Shown piece by piece: positions 11,401 to 25,465 of a stretch of 64,000 nt of DNA. A model generated the notes under the pieces. That model worked only from the letters and a program-made list of their open reading frames with translations. It was not told the origin of the DNA and did not search any database. Source of the DNA: Lama guanicoe (taxonomy: Eukaryota); NCBI GenBank assembly GCA_013239625.1, contig MU053588.1, positions 1,389,988 through 1,453,987 on the forward strand, written 5' to 3'. Position 1 is the first letter of the stretch; each line of letters starts with the position of its first letter. The position numbers and the translations under genes are program-made.

Positions 11401-14035
11401 TAACCCCATAGTGCCCTCTCCTCACAGCTTTCTCTGTCTTCACGTTTCAGTAACTGTTTCCTCCTCTTACCCCTGCCAAGCCTAGGATGGTAATGTCCCT
11501 TCCCCATACTGTTACTAGCCTGGTCCTGCAGTATCTCGTGTTCTGCCTACACCTTTGTAAAGAGTCCATCTCCTCTAATCTCAATGTGCCATTATAACAG
11601 AAATAGTGTTTTTTCAGAAGAACTGATAAACTGACCAGAACAGAACACAGTGTACAAGGACAGACAGACCAAGGTATATCTGGGAACATCATAAATTAAT
11701 AAATGTGGCACTGCCATTCCGTAAGGAAGGGATGGATTCTTTAGTAGATAGTGTTGGGAAAATTGGCTCAATATATTGGGGGAGGAGGGGAACTGGATCC
11801 TTACTGAACATCACATTCAAAGGTGGATCAAAGCTCTAAATGTGAAAGATTAAACTATGAGTTGACTAGAAGAGAGTATATAGGAGAATACTGTTAGGAT
11901 CTAAGGGTAGGGAAGGGTTTTTTAAACAGCATTTCAAAAATGAATTCTAAAGCAAAAAGTTGAATTTGATCACATGGAAAATAACATAACACCAGGGACA
12001 CAGTCAATTCAGATAGTAGACGGGGAGATTTTGGCAATGTCCAGGATGGGCAGGGCACTGACATCTAGAATATACAAGGAATTCTTGTGTATCGATGAGA
12101 GTAAGAGCTCAACCTTAATAGAAAATATGAACAGGTAATTTACAAAAGAGGGAAATGAAAAAGCTAACAAACACATGAAGAGATGCTTAATTATTAGTAA
12201 ACCGAAACATGCAAATTAAAATAGCAACAAGATATCTATCACCTCACGCCAAACACACTGGTAACTACTAGAAAGCTGGATAATGTCACATGAGAATAAT
12301 TGACTGTAGGGGGAGAGGACAAGGAAAATGGGCATGGGGTATGAGGATTAAAGAATCAACCAATCATTCAGACTATTTTGCTATCTTCATAGCATTTATC
12401 ACCACCAGCTCTAAAGTCAGATCACCTGGGTTCAAATCCCAGTTCCACCACTTACTAGATGTTAGTTACACTCTGTGCCTCAATTTCCTATTAAAAGATG
12501 TAGATAATAATAGTATTTGTATTATAGGGTTGTTGCCAGGATTAAAGGAATTATATGTAAAGCACCTGGCATACAGTAAGCCCTCTAAATGTTTGCTATG
12601 TTGTTTTTATTTTACTGTTAACCCTACATCTAAAAGGGAAATAAAAAAGAGCAGGTTCCTGATCTTCCTAAATTTTTCTTGTATCTCTGGCATATAAAAC
12701 AGTGACTGGTACCTGGCAGGTCCTCAGCAAATATTAGTTGATTGACTGAGTAAATGAATGAGGATAGAAGAGGGGGAAGGTGGGTGAGGGTGAAGACAGT
12801 GGCGTAGGCTCCCCTTTCTTACTCGTGGCCCTTGCCCCAGCGATCAAGAGCCACTCACTCGAAAGAAGTCACGAAGCAGGTCTGGGAAGGAGCGCCGGGC
12901 ACCAGTGTTAGGTTCTTTTCCACCGCCCAGCCATTTCCGCCGTGCTCCACCTCCCAGCCTCTGAAGCCCTCTGTGGAATATAACAGAGTTGAACACAAGG
13001 GATTCACCTGCCAGCTCGCCCAGCAGAGACCCCGCCGCCACCTAATCTGTCCTGCCCCCCAGTTCCTCCCATTTAGCAGCCTGCATTTTTGGTCCCACCC
13101 AACGACCGTGTCACTCAGCCCTGCCTATGTATTCAGCTTCTCCTCAGCCTCACTCAGCCCCGTTGCCGGTTCTCTTCCCTTAGTTCTCCGAAACTACTGG
13201 GCTTCAAATTCTGGCCCCTCCCCGGACTCCTTCGCCAAGGCCATACTCCCTCCTACCAAAGCCTCGGGGCTCCTCCCTCCCTAGTCCCGCCCATTCGCTC
13301 AATTCCCCTCCTCACAGCCTCTCAAGGCAGCCTTGTATTTCTAGGCAAGCCCCGCCCCCGCCATCACCCAATCGGCTTCTCCCCAGCCCTCCCCTCGCTC
13401 CTCCCCTTAGCCACGCCCACGGAGTCTACAGCAGCTGCGAAAGTCATTCCTGCCACGGCTCCGCCACCTGGCTCCTTCTGTTCTGTCCCACGCATCCATT
13501 TCGACTCCCTCCACTGCCCACGGCCCCTTTCCTCCAAGTACCCTGGCCCCCGGCCCCGCCCCTGTCTCCTCCGTCCTGGACACCCCCACTCACTCTGCCT
13601 CTCCTGGCCCCCTCGCTGCCCATCCTTTGGCTCTGGGCCCCGCCCCGGCCCCGCCCCCTGCGGTTAGGCCCCGCCCCAGCACCCACGCTCTCCACATGAA
13701 TTGAAGATGAGGTTGCGGCCGAGGGGCGCACGGAGGCAGTAGCGCGCCAGTGCGCAGAGCGGGAACTCCTCCTCGTCCTCGCTGTTGGGCGGGCAGCGCT
13801 GGGCCACCGCATAGAGTGCGCGGCCCTCCGCGCTGCGGTCGCGGGCCAGCTGCAGCAGCCACACGGTGGGCCCGTCCACCACGTCGCGCCAGGCGCGGCA
13901 CACTGGGCGGCAGCGCGTCACTAACGCGCGCGGTGGCACGTGGCTCAGCACCTGTACGAGCAGCTCCGGGGGCAACGCGTCCAAGGCTATGGGCGGGTCC
14001 GCGGGCAGCCGCCGTCGCGAAGGCCGGGCGCCCAT
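8315..14035 (-). CDS. FBXO17: F-box only protein 17 (F-box + FBA/G domain), 278 aa
   Basis: join(14035-13687, 12970-12859, 10897-10802, 9999-9864, 8458-8315) = 837 nt, all GT-AG and in frame: [14 protein letters not shown]...[20 protein letters not shown].../[10 protein letters not shown].../WGARENCGC.../[11 protein letters not shown]...RIRLP*. Confidence 0.97.
8935..9300 (-). mobile_element. Old L1 3' fragment in FBXO17 last intron
   Basis: tgcaaccatcaccact...ccctggcaaccactaatct...ttccacttagcacagtgttt. Confidence 0.7.
9864..9999 (-). CDS. FBXO17: FBXO17 coding exon 4 (136 nt)
   Basis: [45 protein letters not shown]. Confidence 0.95.
10802..10897 (-). CDS. FBXO17: FBXO17 coding exon 3 (96 nt)
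   Basis: [31 protein letters not shown]. Confidence 0.95.
11640..12290 (+). mobile_element. Degenerate L1 fragment in FBXO17 intron
   Basis: aacaaacacatgaagagatgctta...atgcaaattaaaata, L1 ORF2 3' motifs. Confidence 0.55.
12859..12970 (-). CDS. FBXO17: FBXO17 coding exon 2 (112 nt)
   Basis: [36 protein letters not shown]. Confidence 0.95.
13687..14035 (-). CDS. FBXO17: FBXO17 first coding exon (F-box)
   Basis: Exon starts at 14052 after acceptor ctgcag, ATG at 14035, donor gtgggt. Confidence 0.95.
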
Positions 14036-14449
14036 CTCCCGCCGCCGGAGTCCTGCAGGTCGAGAGGGTTCGGCGGGTCAGGGCAGTCTGGCCTCCCTCC
14101 TCCTCTCCTCCCAGGACGCAAGTTCCCTGCGGCTTGACCGTGACGTCACCAGGCACACGAGCATCCAAGGGGACTGCCACCGCCACGAAAATCTGGCATC
14201 TACTTCCTGCCACTTGGCTCCGGAGGCGACCGGCTTCTCCGCACCTTTCCCCCTGGCCTGATCACGACCATACCAGGACTGCTAACCAGGGCCTCCATCC
14301 CTGGCCGGTGCGCTTGTGTCAGGGTAAGCACTTTATATATGACCACAGGAACACAGAAGACTAAAAAAAACCCACCCAGGAGGAAACCATTTCTACCGCA
14401 TCCCCCAACCTGTCCCAACTCTCAGGCCTTTGGAATCCATGACGTGTCT

Positions 14450-16800
14450 TCAGCAAAATCTGTTTCCTCAACCTCTTCACTAAACATTCTTGTCACCTGC
14501 TTGCTTTTAACCAGAATCTAGCTCTCCTGTGGCCCTTCCAAGTGGCTAAATCTCCTTGCTCCATGGTGCTGCTTTCAGACCATTCTTCCCTCCTCCTCCC
14601 CCAAATTCCCAGCTATCAATCTCGTTATCAGAGTAGATCGTTTGCCACCTTGTGCATCATCTGCTGACCTAGATCGGTACTCCTCACTTCGCCATGATTT
14701 CAGCTCCAGGCTCACTACCACTCATTCTTGGTGATTTCCATATCCAGATGGGTGATCCTTCCTTCTGCCACCCCACTTCTCTGTTCCCTGACCTGCTGTG
14801 TGTCCTCTTAGCCCTTTCCTCCCATAGTCACAGCTACACCTGTCTCAACAACCACTGCCTCCTTTAGAGCCTCAGTCTCAGGCTTCTCATTCTTCTCCCA
14901 ACATGTCTTCTTTCCAGCTCTCTCCCTCCAGTGCCCTAGACCTCCCCCCACCAACCCTTCCAACCCACTATGACCTCCCCTTTGTCCCTACCTCTTTTTC
15001 ACTGCCCCACACCCCCTGGAGTCCTCATTTCTTTCCTATCCAGCCTAAATTCCTTGGTTAATCATTAAAAACATTCTTTGCATACACCTTGGCCTCCTCT
15101 GGCTTCCTCCTACACATGACTCTGGTTAAAGCTAGCCCTCCACCTACCTGGGCCTGTTCCCACACAATTTTGGGGGCTTTGGGGGAGGTGGATTCGCTTT
15201 ATTTATTTATTTTTATAGGCGGTACTGGGGGTTGAACCCAGGATCTCGTGCATGTTAAGCATGTGCTCTACCACTGAGCTATACCCTCCTCTTTGTACAC
15301 ACAGTTTAAAGCAGCTGAAAACAACACAACTCCACTGGCTGGTCTCACTTCAAGTTTCTGAACTTCACCCTCAAACGTGCCGCTAACGCTGCCTGTCAAT
15401 CAGATTACATTTCTCTTAACCACTCGCTCTTCCTCTCTGTAGATAACAACTTCACCCTTCTTCCCTGTCCTCTAATACATCACACCTCTTTCCACCTCTT
15501 TGCTCTCCCTCTTGCTTCTTATTTTGCAGAAAAAATAAAACTGATGAGAGGTGAACTTCTCCCCACTGCCCCATCTACCACCTCCGTGTCCCATGCTTTC
15601 TCTCCCATCGTGACTGCTCCCACCCGTCCTGCCCACCCTTGGCCATGGTCTCACAGTTCTCCCCTCCCTCCGCGGCACCATCAGTGTCCCCTGATCATCC
15701 TCATCAGCCTCACAGAGCCATCTCTCATCTGAAAACAAAAGAAAATTTTCTTGACTCCGCTCCCCACCTCCAGCTATGGCCCCATCTCTTCGCTCTTCTT
15801 TATAGTGAAACTTCTCAAAAAAGTTGTCTACACTCACTGCCTCCATATTTTCTACTCCTGTTCTCCCTTAAATCTTCTCCTCAGCACCTCCTCCACCTCT
15901 GCTCGGTGCTGAGCCAACAGTCACTGTTCAGTCCTCTGTCAGTAGCACCTGACACAGCGGGGTGACCCCCTCTTCACTTGGCTCTGGGCCACCACACTCC
16001 TCTGGAGCACTCCCATCTGCCTCATGGCTCCTAGTCAGGCTCCTCAGCTGTTCCTTTTACCTCCCTCTGATGTCACAGTGTCAGGGATCAGTCTTCGAAC
16101 CTCCTCTATTCTCCATCCATACTCCCTCCCTTGGGGATCTCGTCCACTCTTATCACCTCTCATCTGGACCCTCATTTTCTCCCTGCTCCATTCCCCAATT
16201 GTCTATTCCCCACTAGCAGCCAGGTCAGGTGTGAACACCTGAGTCAGGTGCTGTCCCTGCTGTGCTGAGCTCTCCTGTGGCTCCACCTCACTCAGGGTCA
16301 GGGCAGGGTCCTCACTGCAGCCAACAAGCCCCATACGGTCTGTGCTCGTCACCTCCTTGCCCTCTTCTCTCCCTCACTCACTCTGCCCCAGCAACACCAG
16401 TCTCCATACCTCAGGGCCTTTGCACAGGCTATTTCCTCTACCAGGATCCAGAGGATTTCTTTGCTCACCTCCATACTTCCCTTCAAATTTTTGCTCAAAG
16501 TGTCAGCTTCTCCCTGAGACTTTCCCTGGTCACCTTATTTACAATTTCAGGGCCTCACGATCATCCCCTACTCCTCCTTCCCTCTTTCCTTACTATATTC
16601 TTCTCTAAAGTTCCTATTACCTTCTTACATACTTCCCCCCACAGAAGTATCTAAATTACCTAAGTAAATCTTCCTTATTGTCTGTCCCCCAACCACACTG
16701 TAATCACCACGAGGGAAGAACTGTTGTTGCTTCTGCATATGGCGCACTACAGTGTCCACACCAGTGCCTGACACATAGTAAGTGTTCAATAAAGAGATGC
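14450..16800 (+). mobile_element. Ancient L2 remnant
   Basis: Long C/T-rich degenerate tract ending in the L2 3' motif cagtgcctgacacatagtaagtgttcaataaa. Confidence 0.65.
15185..15290 (-). mobile_element. tRNA-derived SINE
   Basis: Reverse complement of the same consensus, inserted in an L2 remnant. Confidence 0.85.
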
Positions 16801-18884
16801 TAAGTGAACAAACTCGAATGCATCATCACGACAGAAACTTGCTGCACAGATGAAGAAACTGAGGCATGGGAAGGTGAAACACCTTTACTTAACAAGAACT
16901 CAGGGATTAGTTCAAGACCTAGTGAGAAAATTGTTTCATTTCCCCATCCAGCAGCAACAGCCTAAGTAGGGGAAGTTTTCATGCCTGGAGCCAGCCAGCC
17001 TGGGTTCAGGTCCCCGCTGTGTCTCTTGCTAGTCATATGACCAAGGGCAAGTCATTTGATCTCTCTCTGCCTCAGTTTCCTCTTCTGAAAATGAAGATGT
17101 TAACCATACCTACTTCACAGGGAGATGAAACAAGTTAATATTTGTAAAGCACTTAAGAAAAACCACTGGTGTCTCATAAATAAAAGTGGTATTAATATAA
17201 CATTAGACACTAAATCATGTTAGTTGCTATTATTATTATACATCATAAAAAGATCACGAGCAACCATTTAGCTATGATATTTTATCTGGTGACATTTATT
17301 GAGTCCTTACTAAACCACTGTGCTGAGCATTTAAGCTGATCATTGCGCTGATTCCCATCAACGTGTTTTAATGGAGCAAACATCCTCCAAGGCTGCCCTG
17401 GGTTAAGAGGCTTCAATGATCTAATGCTTGCTATGCTATCTAATGCCAGTAAGTGCTCGGTTCATGCCAGCTGTTACTATTTTTAAACAAATTGATTAAG
17501 GTCTTGCTAAGAATTAAGCACGAATCAGGCAAGTGATCTATGGATATGATAAAAAGTTTGACTCCCCGTTGACCCTACTACAGAGGACTGAAGTTGTAGA
17601 GACAGGCTTTAGAGACCAGGTGTGCTTTGCCCCAGGAGGTTGTTAGTTGCATTAATAATTAGCTGTGATTTACAAGCAAGCCCGCCAGCTTGCCAGGCAG
17701 GGATGTGACACTCACCAGAGCGTAGTCCCCTGGGTTGGCTCTCCTTGGGAATGTGGGGGTCACTGGTGAACAGGGGATCTCCAGAGCTGGGGGTTGGTCC
17801 CCTCACACAATGAGGGCAGCCAGACTTCACTGAGGAGCAAGGAACTTCAAGTGATGTACCGATGAGCCCTGGGTATACAAAGCACTTATTTGCAATGCTC
17901 TGCCGAGGGCCATGAGGTGCCTTGTAGCCACCATGTCCGCATGGCTGAATGCCAACTACTGGCTGGGTCAGACTGGGACACAGACGGCATGGCACTGCCT
18001 GCTGCCAGGGTGTGTGTGTTTAGTGGGGAGGCTATTGTATTTACTGGTTGTCACAATGACTGGGAGATGCTACTGGTATTCAATTCCAGGGACCCATGAT
18101 GCATGGCAGACTGTATCTTCCCAAAATGGCTAGAACAACATATCCAACTGACATGCTCTTCTGGGACTTGACCGTTCTCCATTAAGTGGAGACCATACCT
18201 CTCTCTTTGACATAGGCAGGCCTTTGGGACTGCTTCACCTCTCAGAGCACCGCAGAAGTGACATCAGTAAGGGATTTCGGAGGCTGGGTCATCAAAAAGA
18301 ATACAGCCTCTGCCTGACTCTATGGGGATGCAGAAGCCCCCACTTCAGTGCTGTGCTTCTAAATGTTTGACAACTGGCTCTCCAGGGGAAAAAAGGAAAA
18401 GAATCTGAGTTTGCAGCATTTGCTGATTTCTGTGGTGTAAATACACCTACCACGGCTGAGAGCAAGCTACCAAAAGGACGACCCTGAACCTTGGAGCTGG
18501 AAAGAGCAGTCCACCATCTGCTCTCAGCAGCTGGTTGCGAGCCCACTCCAGGACACCACCGCCCGAGTCACCATGTAAGACTGGCTGCCCTGAAGTCATA
18601 ACGGTGGAGAGACCACATGAAGGTAGAAATGCTTGGGGACCCCCAGCTATGTGTCTCCCCATCTCAGGTGTTAGGCGGAGGAGCGAATGAGCCCGCCCCA
18701 ACCACTGCCCGTGGGCACCTGCACCGCATCCCCTGATGGCTCAGCTGAGCAGTTCTCAGCGGCTCTCTGTCTAACTCCTGGGGGCTCCCCCATTTCTCCA
18801 TCTCCACGTGGTCTCTCCAGCTAGAGTACACTTTCCCCAGAGTAGTCATTCTTGATAAATAAAAAATAACATAATTTCATTTTT

Positions 18885-19005
18885 TTGGAGGGGAGGAGTA
18901 ATTAGGTTTTATGTATTTATTAATTTTAATGGAGGTTCTGGGGATTGAACCCAGGACCTCATGCATGCTAAGCACATGCTCTACCACTGAGCTATACCCT
19001 CCCCC
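18885..19005 (-). mobile_element. tRNA-derived SINE
   Basis: Same consensus. Confidence 0.85.
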
Positions 19006-22000
19006 CTTACAACTTGAATTTTAACAACTGTATACATCTGTGCAACCATCACCACAACCAAGACAGGGGGCATTTCTGTCACTCTAAAAGGTTTACCCCT
19101 TTTCAGTCAACCTTCACCTGAACCCCAACCATTAATATGCTTCCTGTCACTATAAATTTGAGTTTTCATTTTCAGAGTTTCATATAAATGGAATCATATA
19201 GTTATCAATTTACTGCCTCACAGCTCTAAGTTGTTAAATTGAAGTTTGATCCTTTAAGTCTTTCTTTTGCCTGCTGACAGGTTAAATTTTTCCAGTAGAG
19301 GGAGCCAGAGAGGTGTGGCAGAAGGAAGGGGGTTCACTTCCAGCTTCCAGTCTTCCCTCCTGGCAGGCAGCTTCTCCCCACGCTTCCGGGGTGTGCCTGC
19401 CTCTCCAGTGGCTGGCATCCCTCAGCCAGCACCTTCCCCTGGCACCCGTCGCAGGGGGTTTCCTAGCTGAGTGCCTCTAGTGAGGTACTCCCTTGTGAAC
19501 GGCTTTCCCTCCGCATTCTAAAGGACCAATTTCTGGCAGGTTCCAGAGGATGGATTTCCAGGAAGTTCCACAGGTGTGGCACCAAAGGGACTCCTTTACC
19601 CTTTAGTGAGCCACGTCCAAGTGTTCTCCAAACACATCAGGGTTTCTGGGACTGTCAAGGACAGCCTAGGACTCTCATCTTTCTCAAGTTCTCTCTGTTA
19701 GATCTTAGGGGTAGTGGCTGCTCCTTATATTTGCTATTTATATATTCATTAGCTTTCTCTTTATTTCTTACTAGCTAATCCACCTAACTCTAATTCCCTG
19801 CTATGGTTACTAAATTCTTTTTTTTTTTTTTGGCCCTGCAAAAATATTCCCCTGAAAATTAACAAGGTTACAAAATTCGGATCAACCTTACTCCTTCTTT
19901 ATCACAGTAAAAAATATATGATTAATAATTCTGTATCTTTAACATCCTCCCTTCAAATTACTGGTAGTTTCAATCTCCTGACTGGACCCTGACCGATACA
20001 TATGGTATATGCTCCCTGTGTCTTCTTTCCTTCAGCATCTACACTGTGTGATTCATCCACATTGTCGCCTGGATCATCAAGAGTTCACTCGTTTTTATTG
20101 CTGAGTGGTATTCTGTTGAACAGATAAACCACAATCTGTTTACCCAGTCACTGTGATGGACATTTGGGTTGTTTCCAGTTTGAGGCTATTATGAATAAAG
20201 CATCGGTGAACATTCATGTACAAGTGTTTGCGTGGATGTATGTTTTCATTTCTCATGAGGAAATACTTAGGAGTGGAAGTCTTGGATCACATGGTAAGTG
20301 TGTGTTTCACTTTACAAGCAAACAGCCAATCGTTTTCTCTGCATGATTGTGCCATGTGCGTTCCCATCAATAACATAGGAGAGTTGCAGTTGCCAGCACC
20401 TTGTACTGTTCGTCTTTTAAAATTTTAGACAGAGTGGCTTCCTTTTCATGCCTTTGGGAGAGTTCCCTCTACCTGACATTCTCCGTTACTAATTTTAACT
20501 CTTTATTCTTGAACTATGGTGCCAGTGTTGTTTCTAACCTGCAACAAATGGTTACAGAAAAATCATTGATAAGACAAAGCTTTTACATTCTTTGCTCTTT
20601 AGAATTATTTGCGTGTTCAAAGATTCGATGTGCCTTCCCCTTCAAGAAGGCAGACTGAGCTATTGATAACCAGGGCCTGTACTAGACTGTAAGAGCCTTT
20701 AAGTAGATTTTTTTTTTTTAAAGGGACTCTTTCTGGGTGAATGCAAGCCTGGTGATTAGAGAAAGGGCTGGATGTGAGCGACCACCCATACCACACCCTG
20801 GCTGGCCTTGTAATAATAACAGCTGGTTCTGTGCTAGATGCTCTCAAAACAGAATCCCAGGAATTTCAAGTTCAAACGGCTGCAAGAGACGGGCCATATC
20901 CTAAATGAGGCCGATTGGGTGGAAGGAAACAGGGAGTGGTGGAGCCTCGGGCAAACCGGAGAGAACTGCCCCGGCCAAGGCTGCACCCGTGCTCACTTGG
21001 GCTGATTAACTGCCAAGGAGGAAGGTGGGCCCAGTTTGGCCTCATTTTCCGGTTTGTCAAGAGACTGGAAATCTGCATTTTTCATATGAAATCACCCAAT
21101 TTTTAAATGTTAGCAATGCATTTAAAGAAAAAAAAAATTAAAGCACAGTGTGGGTTAGATGAGACAGATCTGCAGCCCCGGGAACTGACGGAGGGTGGCC
21201 TTTTGTGGCTTCTGTCTTATCCCAGGTGACCTTCACACCATGAGGAAACTGAGGCCCAGAGAGGCAAAACCACTCACACGAGGTCACACAGCAGTCAGAA
21301 GTGGAGTGGCAGTGGGGATCTGGGCAATCTGATCTCCCTCTCCAAGGGCATCCTCTCGATGTACAGCAAAGAAAGTAAAAAGCAAAGTCAACAGGAGGGA
21401 CACCACCACCAAAAAAAGAAACGTCGATAAATTTCTGAAGTGGAGGGGCTAGGATAGAACCCAAGGTGGGGACAACGGAGCCTCAAGGACCCCCCAGAGG
21501 CTCTGTGCCCAGAGTCAAGGGTAGAAGTACAGGTTAGGAGTTGAGAGGGCAGAGTGAGGACAGAGGTCAGTCCATCTTTGAAAAATCAATGCCTATTTGC
21601 ACCCTGCTCCCTCACCTTCCTCCCCGATGCTTTGCCACACAGATCTCTGGTTGCCCAACACACACAGGAAAAACAAAACTATACTGGATAATTGTTCTAT
21701 GAAAAAAGGCATGGAGTGTCTGGGAGGTGTGCAGGCTGCGAGTGGTCCTGAGTATAGCCCTCCCCGCTCTGGCACCTGGGAGTGAGCTCCCAGCAAAGAC
21801 TGGCTTCCTCCGTGTCATCACGAACAAGTGCTGCCTCCCAAAAACACAAGGTTCTCAGTTACCCCTTCAACAGGACAAAGAGGCCAGAGGGAAAGCAGCA
21901 CTATATTAATGGCAGCCCCAAATCTCATACCAGTTGCTTTAAAAAAGTCACCCAGACCCTTGTTGGTTGGAAAATGTGATTGGACAAGCAAGGATCATTA

Positions 22001-22374
22001 GACGCTTGAAGGAAACTAGCAGCCTGAAAGAGAAGCATTAAGGTAAATGGGCAGAGCAAGAGTGAACTTACCCCAGAGGAAACAGAGACAACTCAGATGG
22101 CCAAAAGAACACAAAGGAAAAGAAAAACCCTAATTAGTACACTCAGGGCTGGCTTCAGGCTTCATGGACCTGTGACCTGGGCAGGCACACATGGTCCCAC
22201 ACTTAGAAGTGCTCCAAGCCTGTTTTAATGCTCTGCTGTCACCATCTTGAAATTCTTAAGTGTTTTTAGGCAAGGGGCCTATATTTTCATTTTGCACTAA
22301 GCCCTGAAAATTATACAGCTGGTCCTGGGTACGCTTAGATTTGGGAAGAAATTGAAAACAAAACAAGAACAGGA

Positions 22375-22530
22375 GGTGGGGAGAAATAGTTCAGTGGTAG
22401 AGTGCATGCCCAGCATGTATAAGGTCCTGGGTTCAATCCCTAGTACCTCCATTAAAAATAAATAAATAAAAACCCAATTACCTCCTCCCACCAAAACCAA
22501 ACCAAAACAAAACAAAAAAACAAAACAAGA
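22375..22530 (+). mobile_element. tRNA-derived SINE
   Basis: Same consensus with A-rich tail. Confidence 0.85.
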
Positions 22531-22819
22531 GATTATAAAAGGAGGAATGTCTTCAAGAAGAAAAAAAAAATTCCAAGAAATATATTGGATGGGTTAGAAA
22601 CAGGAAAATCCTTCTTTTAAAAGGGAAAAAAAAAAGCTATGAGAAATAAAGAAACAAAAAACTGTTTAAGAAAGTCATGGTCCAGACATGATATGCACTA
22701 AACTGTATCCATATTATGTCTATTTGACAAAGTATAAGGAATCTGTTTGACCTGGAGGCTAGAGGTATTTTTCTTACATTAGTCCTGTTTATTGGTTTTC
22801 ATGAGAAAAAGACTTTTTG

Positions 22820-23345
22820 AGATATAATTGGCATAGAACATCATGTAAGTTTAAAGTATACAATGTGTTGATTTGATACATCTATATATTGTAATATGAT
22901 TACCACCCTAGCATTAGCTAACACTTTTATCATGTCACATAATTATCATTTCTTTTTTTTCAAGAACTAATGCTTCTTAATTTAATGGTACCTTCCTCCC
23001 CTCCATTTCTCTTTTTTTTTCCTTTTTTATTGAAGTATAGTTAGTTTACAATATTGTGTCAATTTCTGGTGTATAGGATAATGTTTCAGTCATACATATA
23101 TATATATATCTACATATGTTCCTTTTCATATTCTTTTTCATTATAGTTTGCTATGAGATATTGAATATACTTCCCTGTGTTATACAGTAGAAACTTGCTG
23201 TTTATCTATTTTATATAGTTAGTATCTGCAAATCTCGAACTCCCAGTTTATTTCTTCTTACCCCCTTTCCCTGCTAGTAGCCGTAAGTTTGTTTTCTATG
23301 TCTGTGAGCCTGTTTCTATTTTGTAAATAAGTGCATTTGTATCTT
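22820..23345 (-). mobile_element. L1 3' end fragments
   Basis: ttttttattgaagtatagttagtttacaatattgtg, an artiodactyl-type L1 tail. Confidence 0.7.
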
Positions 23346-23394
23346 TTCATTTATTTTCGTGATGAGAACATTTAGGATCTGATCTCTTAGCATA

Positions 23395-24650
23395 AAGACT
23401 GTCTTTTCAACAAATGGTGCTGGGAAATCTACATGCAAAAAGATGAATTTAGGCCTTTACGTCACACCATACACAGACATCAACTCAAAATGAATCACAG
23501 ACCTAAATCTAAGCATTAGAACTATAACATTTTAGAAGAAAATAGGAGAACATCTCATGATCTTGGGTTAGGCAAAGATTTCTTAGCTATAGCACCAAAA
23601 GTATGATTCATAAAAGAAAAAAATGGATTAATTAAACATCATCAAAATTTAAAACTTTTGCACTTCAAAAGACACCATTAATAAAATGGAAAGACAAGCT
23701 TAGATTGGCAGCAAGTATTTGCAGATCATATATCTGATAAAGGACTTCTATCCAGAATATTAAAAAAGAAACACTTAAAATTCAATAACAAGGCTAACAA
23801 ACCAGTTAAAAAATGGACAAAAGCTTTGACTAGACATTTCACCAGAGAAGATATACAAATGACTGTTAAGTACACAAAAAGATGCTCAACATCATTAGTC
23901 ATTAAGGACATGCAAATTAAAATCACAACAAGACACCATTTCATGGCCACTAGAATGGCTATTATTCAAAAGCTTGGAGAGGACACGGAGGAACTGGAAT
24001 CCTCACGCGTTGCTGGTGGGAATGTAAAATGGTACAGCCACTTTGGAAAACAGGCTATTTCTTTACAAGTTGAACATTAAAAAAAAAGTTAAACAGAAAC
24101 TTTCCATGAAATCCAGCAATTCTATTACTAGGCTACCTACCCAAGAGAAAAGAAAGCATCCTTCCACACAAAGACTTGACTGCAAAAGTGCACAGCAGTG
24201 TGATATACTTGGAAACAATCCAAATGTCCATCAGCGGCTGAGTGGATAAACACAATGTGGTACATCCATACGATGGAATACGGTTCAACAATAAAAGGAA
24301 TGAAGTACTGTATATGCTACAATATGAATGACCCCCCCAAAACTGTATGCTAAGTGAAATCGCCAGACACAAAGGACCACATACTGTATGATGTATTCAT
24401 AGGCAATATCCAGAAAAGGCATATCTCAAGATACAGAGAGATTAGTAGTTCCCTGGGACTGGGGATGGATGTTAACAGGAATGACTACAAATAGGCAGAA
24501 GGGATATTTTGGAGGTGATAGAAATGCTCTAAAATTGGGGTGATGGCTGGACAACTCTGTAAACTCACAAAATCACTGAATTGTACCCTTAAAAGAGCTG
24601 AATTTTACGGTATGTAAATTACACCACAATAAAGCTGTCAAAAAAAAAAA
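23395..24650 (+). mobile_element. Old L1 3' fragment
   Basis: gtcttttcaacaaatggtgctggg...ggtacagccactttggaaaac...aataaagctgtcaaaaaa. Confidence 0.85.
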
Positions 24651-25324
24651 ACCCTCCAAAAACCCTGCAAACGTTACAGTTAAAGCATGGAAGACTTAAA
24701 TATGGTAACAGAACAGACTGTGGATGTAATCAACCTTGACAGTGTGAAAGCAAATGTACAGCTGACAAAAGATGGAAAATGAAAGGTGGGGGGGGAGGGG
24801 GAGCTGAGACTTCTCTCACTTACTTAGTATCATGGGAATCTGAAGTTGCCAGAATAAAAAAATACAAGCGAAGCATAAAATTTGAAGTTACCAAGGCAAG
24901 TAAGAAATGATCTTTAAAAAGTACAATTATTAAAAAATCGATGGCGCACACACACAGTAGATTAAAGACCATCTTTCATGGCAGACAGTAACAGATGATA
25001 CTGAATCTCCTTATTTCTCTATTATTTCACTGTCATCACCCTCACAGTCACTCAGCGGCCTTCTGGGCCACATCATGGGTGAAGTAGGAGGCAAAGTTAC
25101 TTCGATTTGGGGGATATTCTAGTTTAAACATCATGAACATCATGTATATTAAAGAACATACTTTAAAAAAATCAACCAGCCAGTGTGCAATATCACCATA
25201 ATTTACTTAAAATGCCATCAGTGAGAGCTCCCACACGCTCCTAAGGGAAGTATAAATTAGTCTCACCACTTTGGAAACTAGTTGGGCTTTTTTTTAACTC
25301 AAGTTAGAACTGTGCCTTTGGCAG

Positions 25325-25465
25325 GGGGTAGGGGTATAGCTCAAGTGGTAGAGTGCATGCATGCACAAGGTCCTGGGTTCAATCCCCAGTACCTCCTCTA
25401 AAAATAAATAAACCTTTTTTTACCTCCCCTCCCCCCTGCCAAAATAAAGTAATTAAAAAAGAAAA
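25325..25465 (+). mobile_element. tRNA-derived SINE
   Basis: Same consensus. Confidence 0.85.

Noticed and set aside
17609..17995. Possible third F-box remnant in FBXO17 intron 1
   Set aside because: No convincing FBA or F-box motifs or splice structure on translation.
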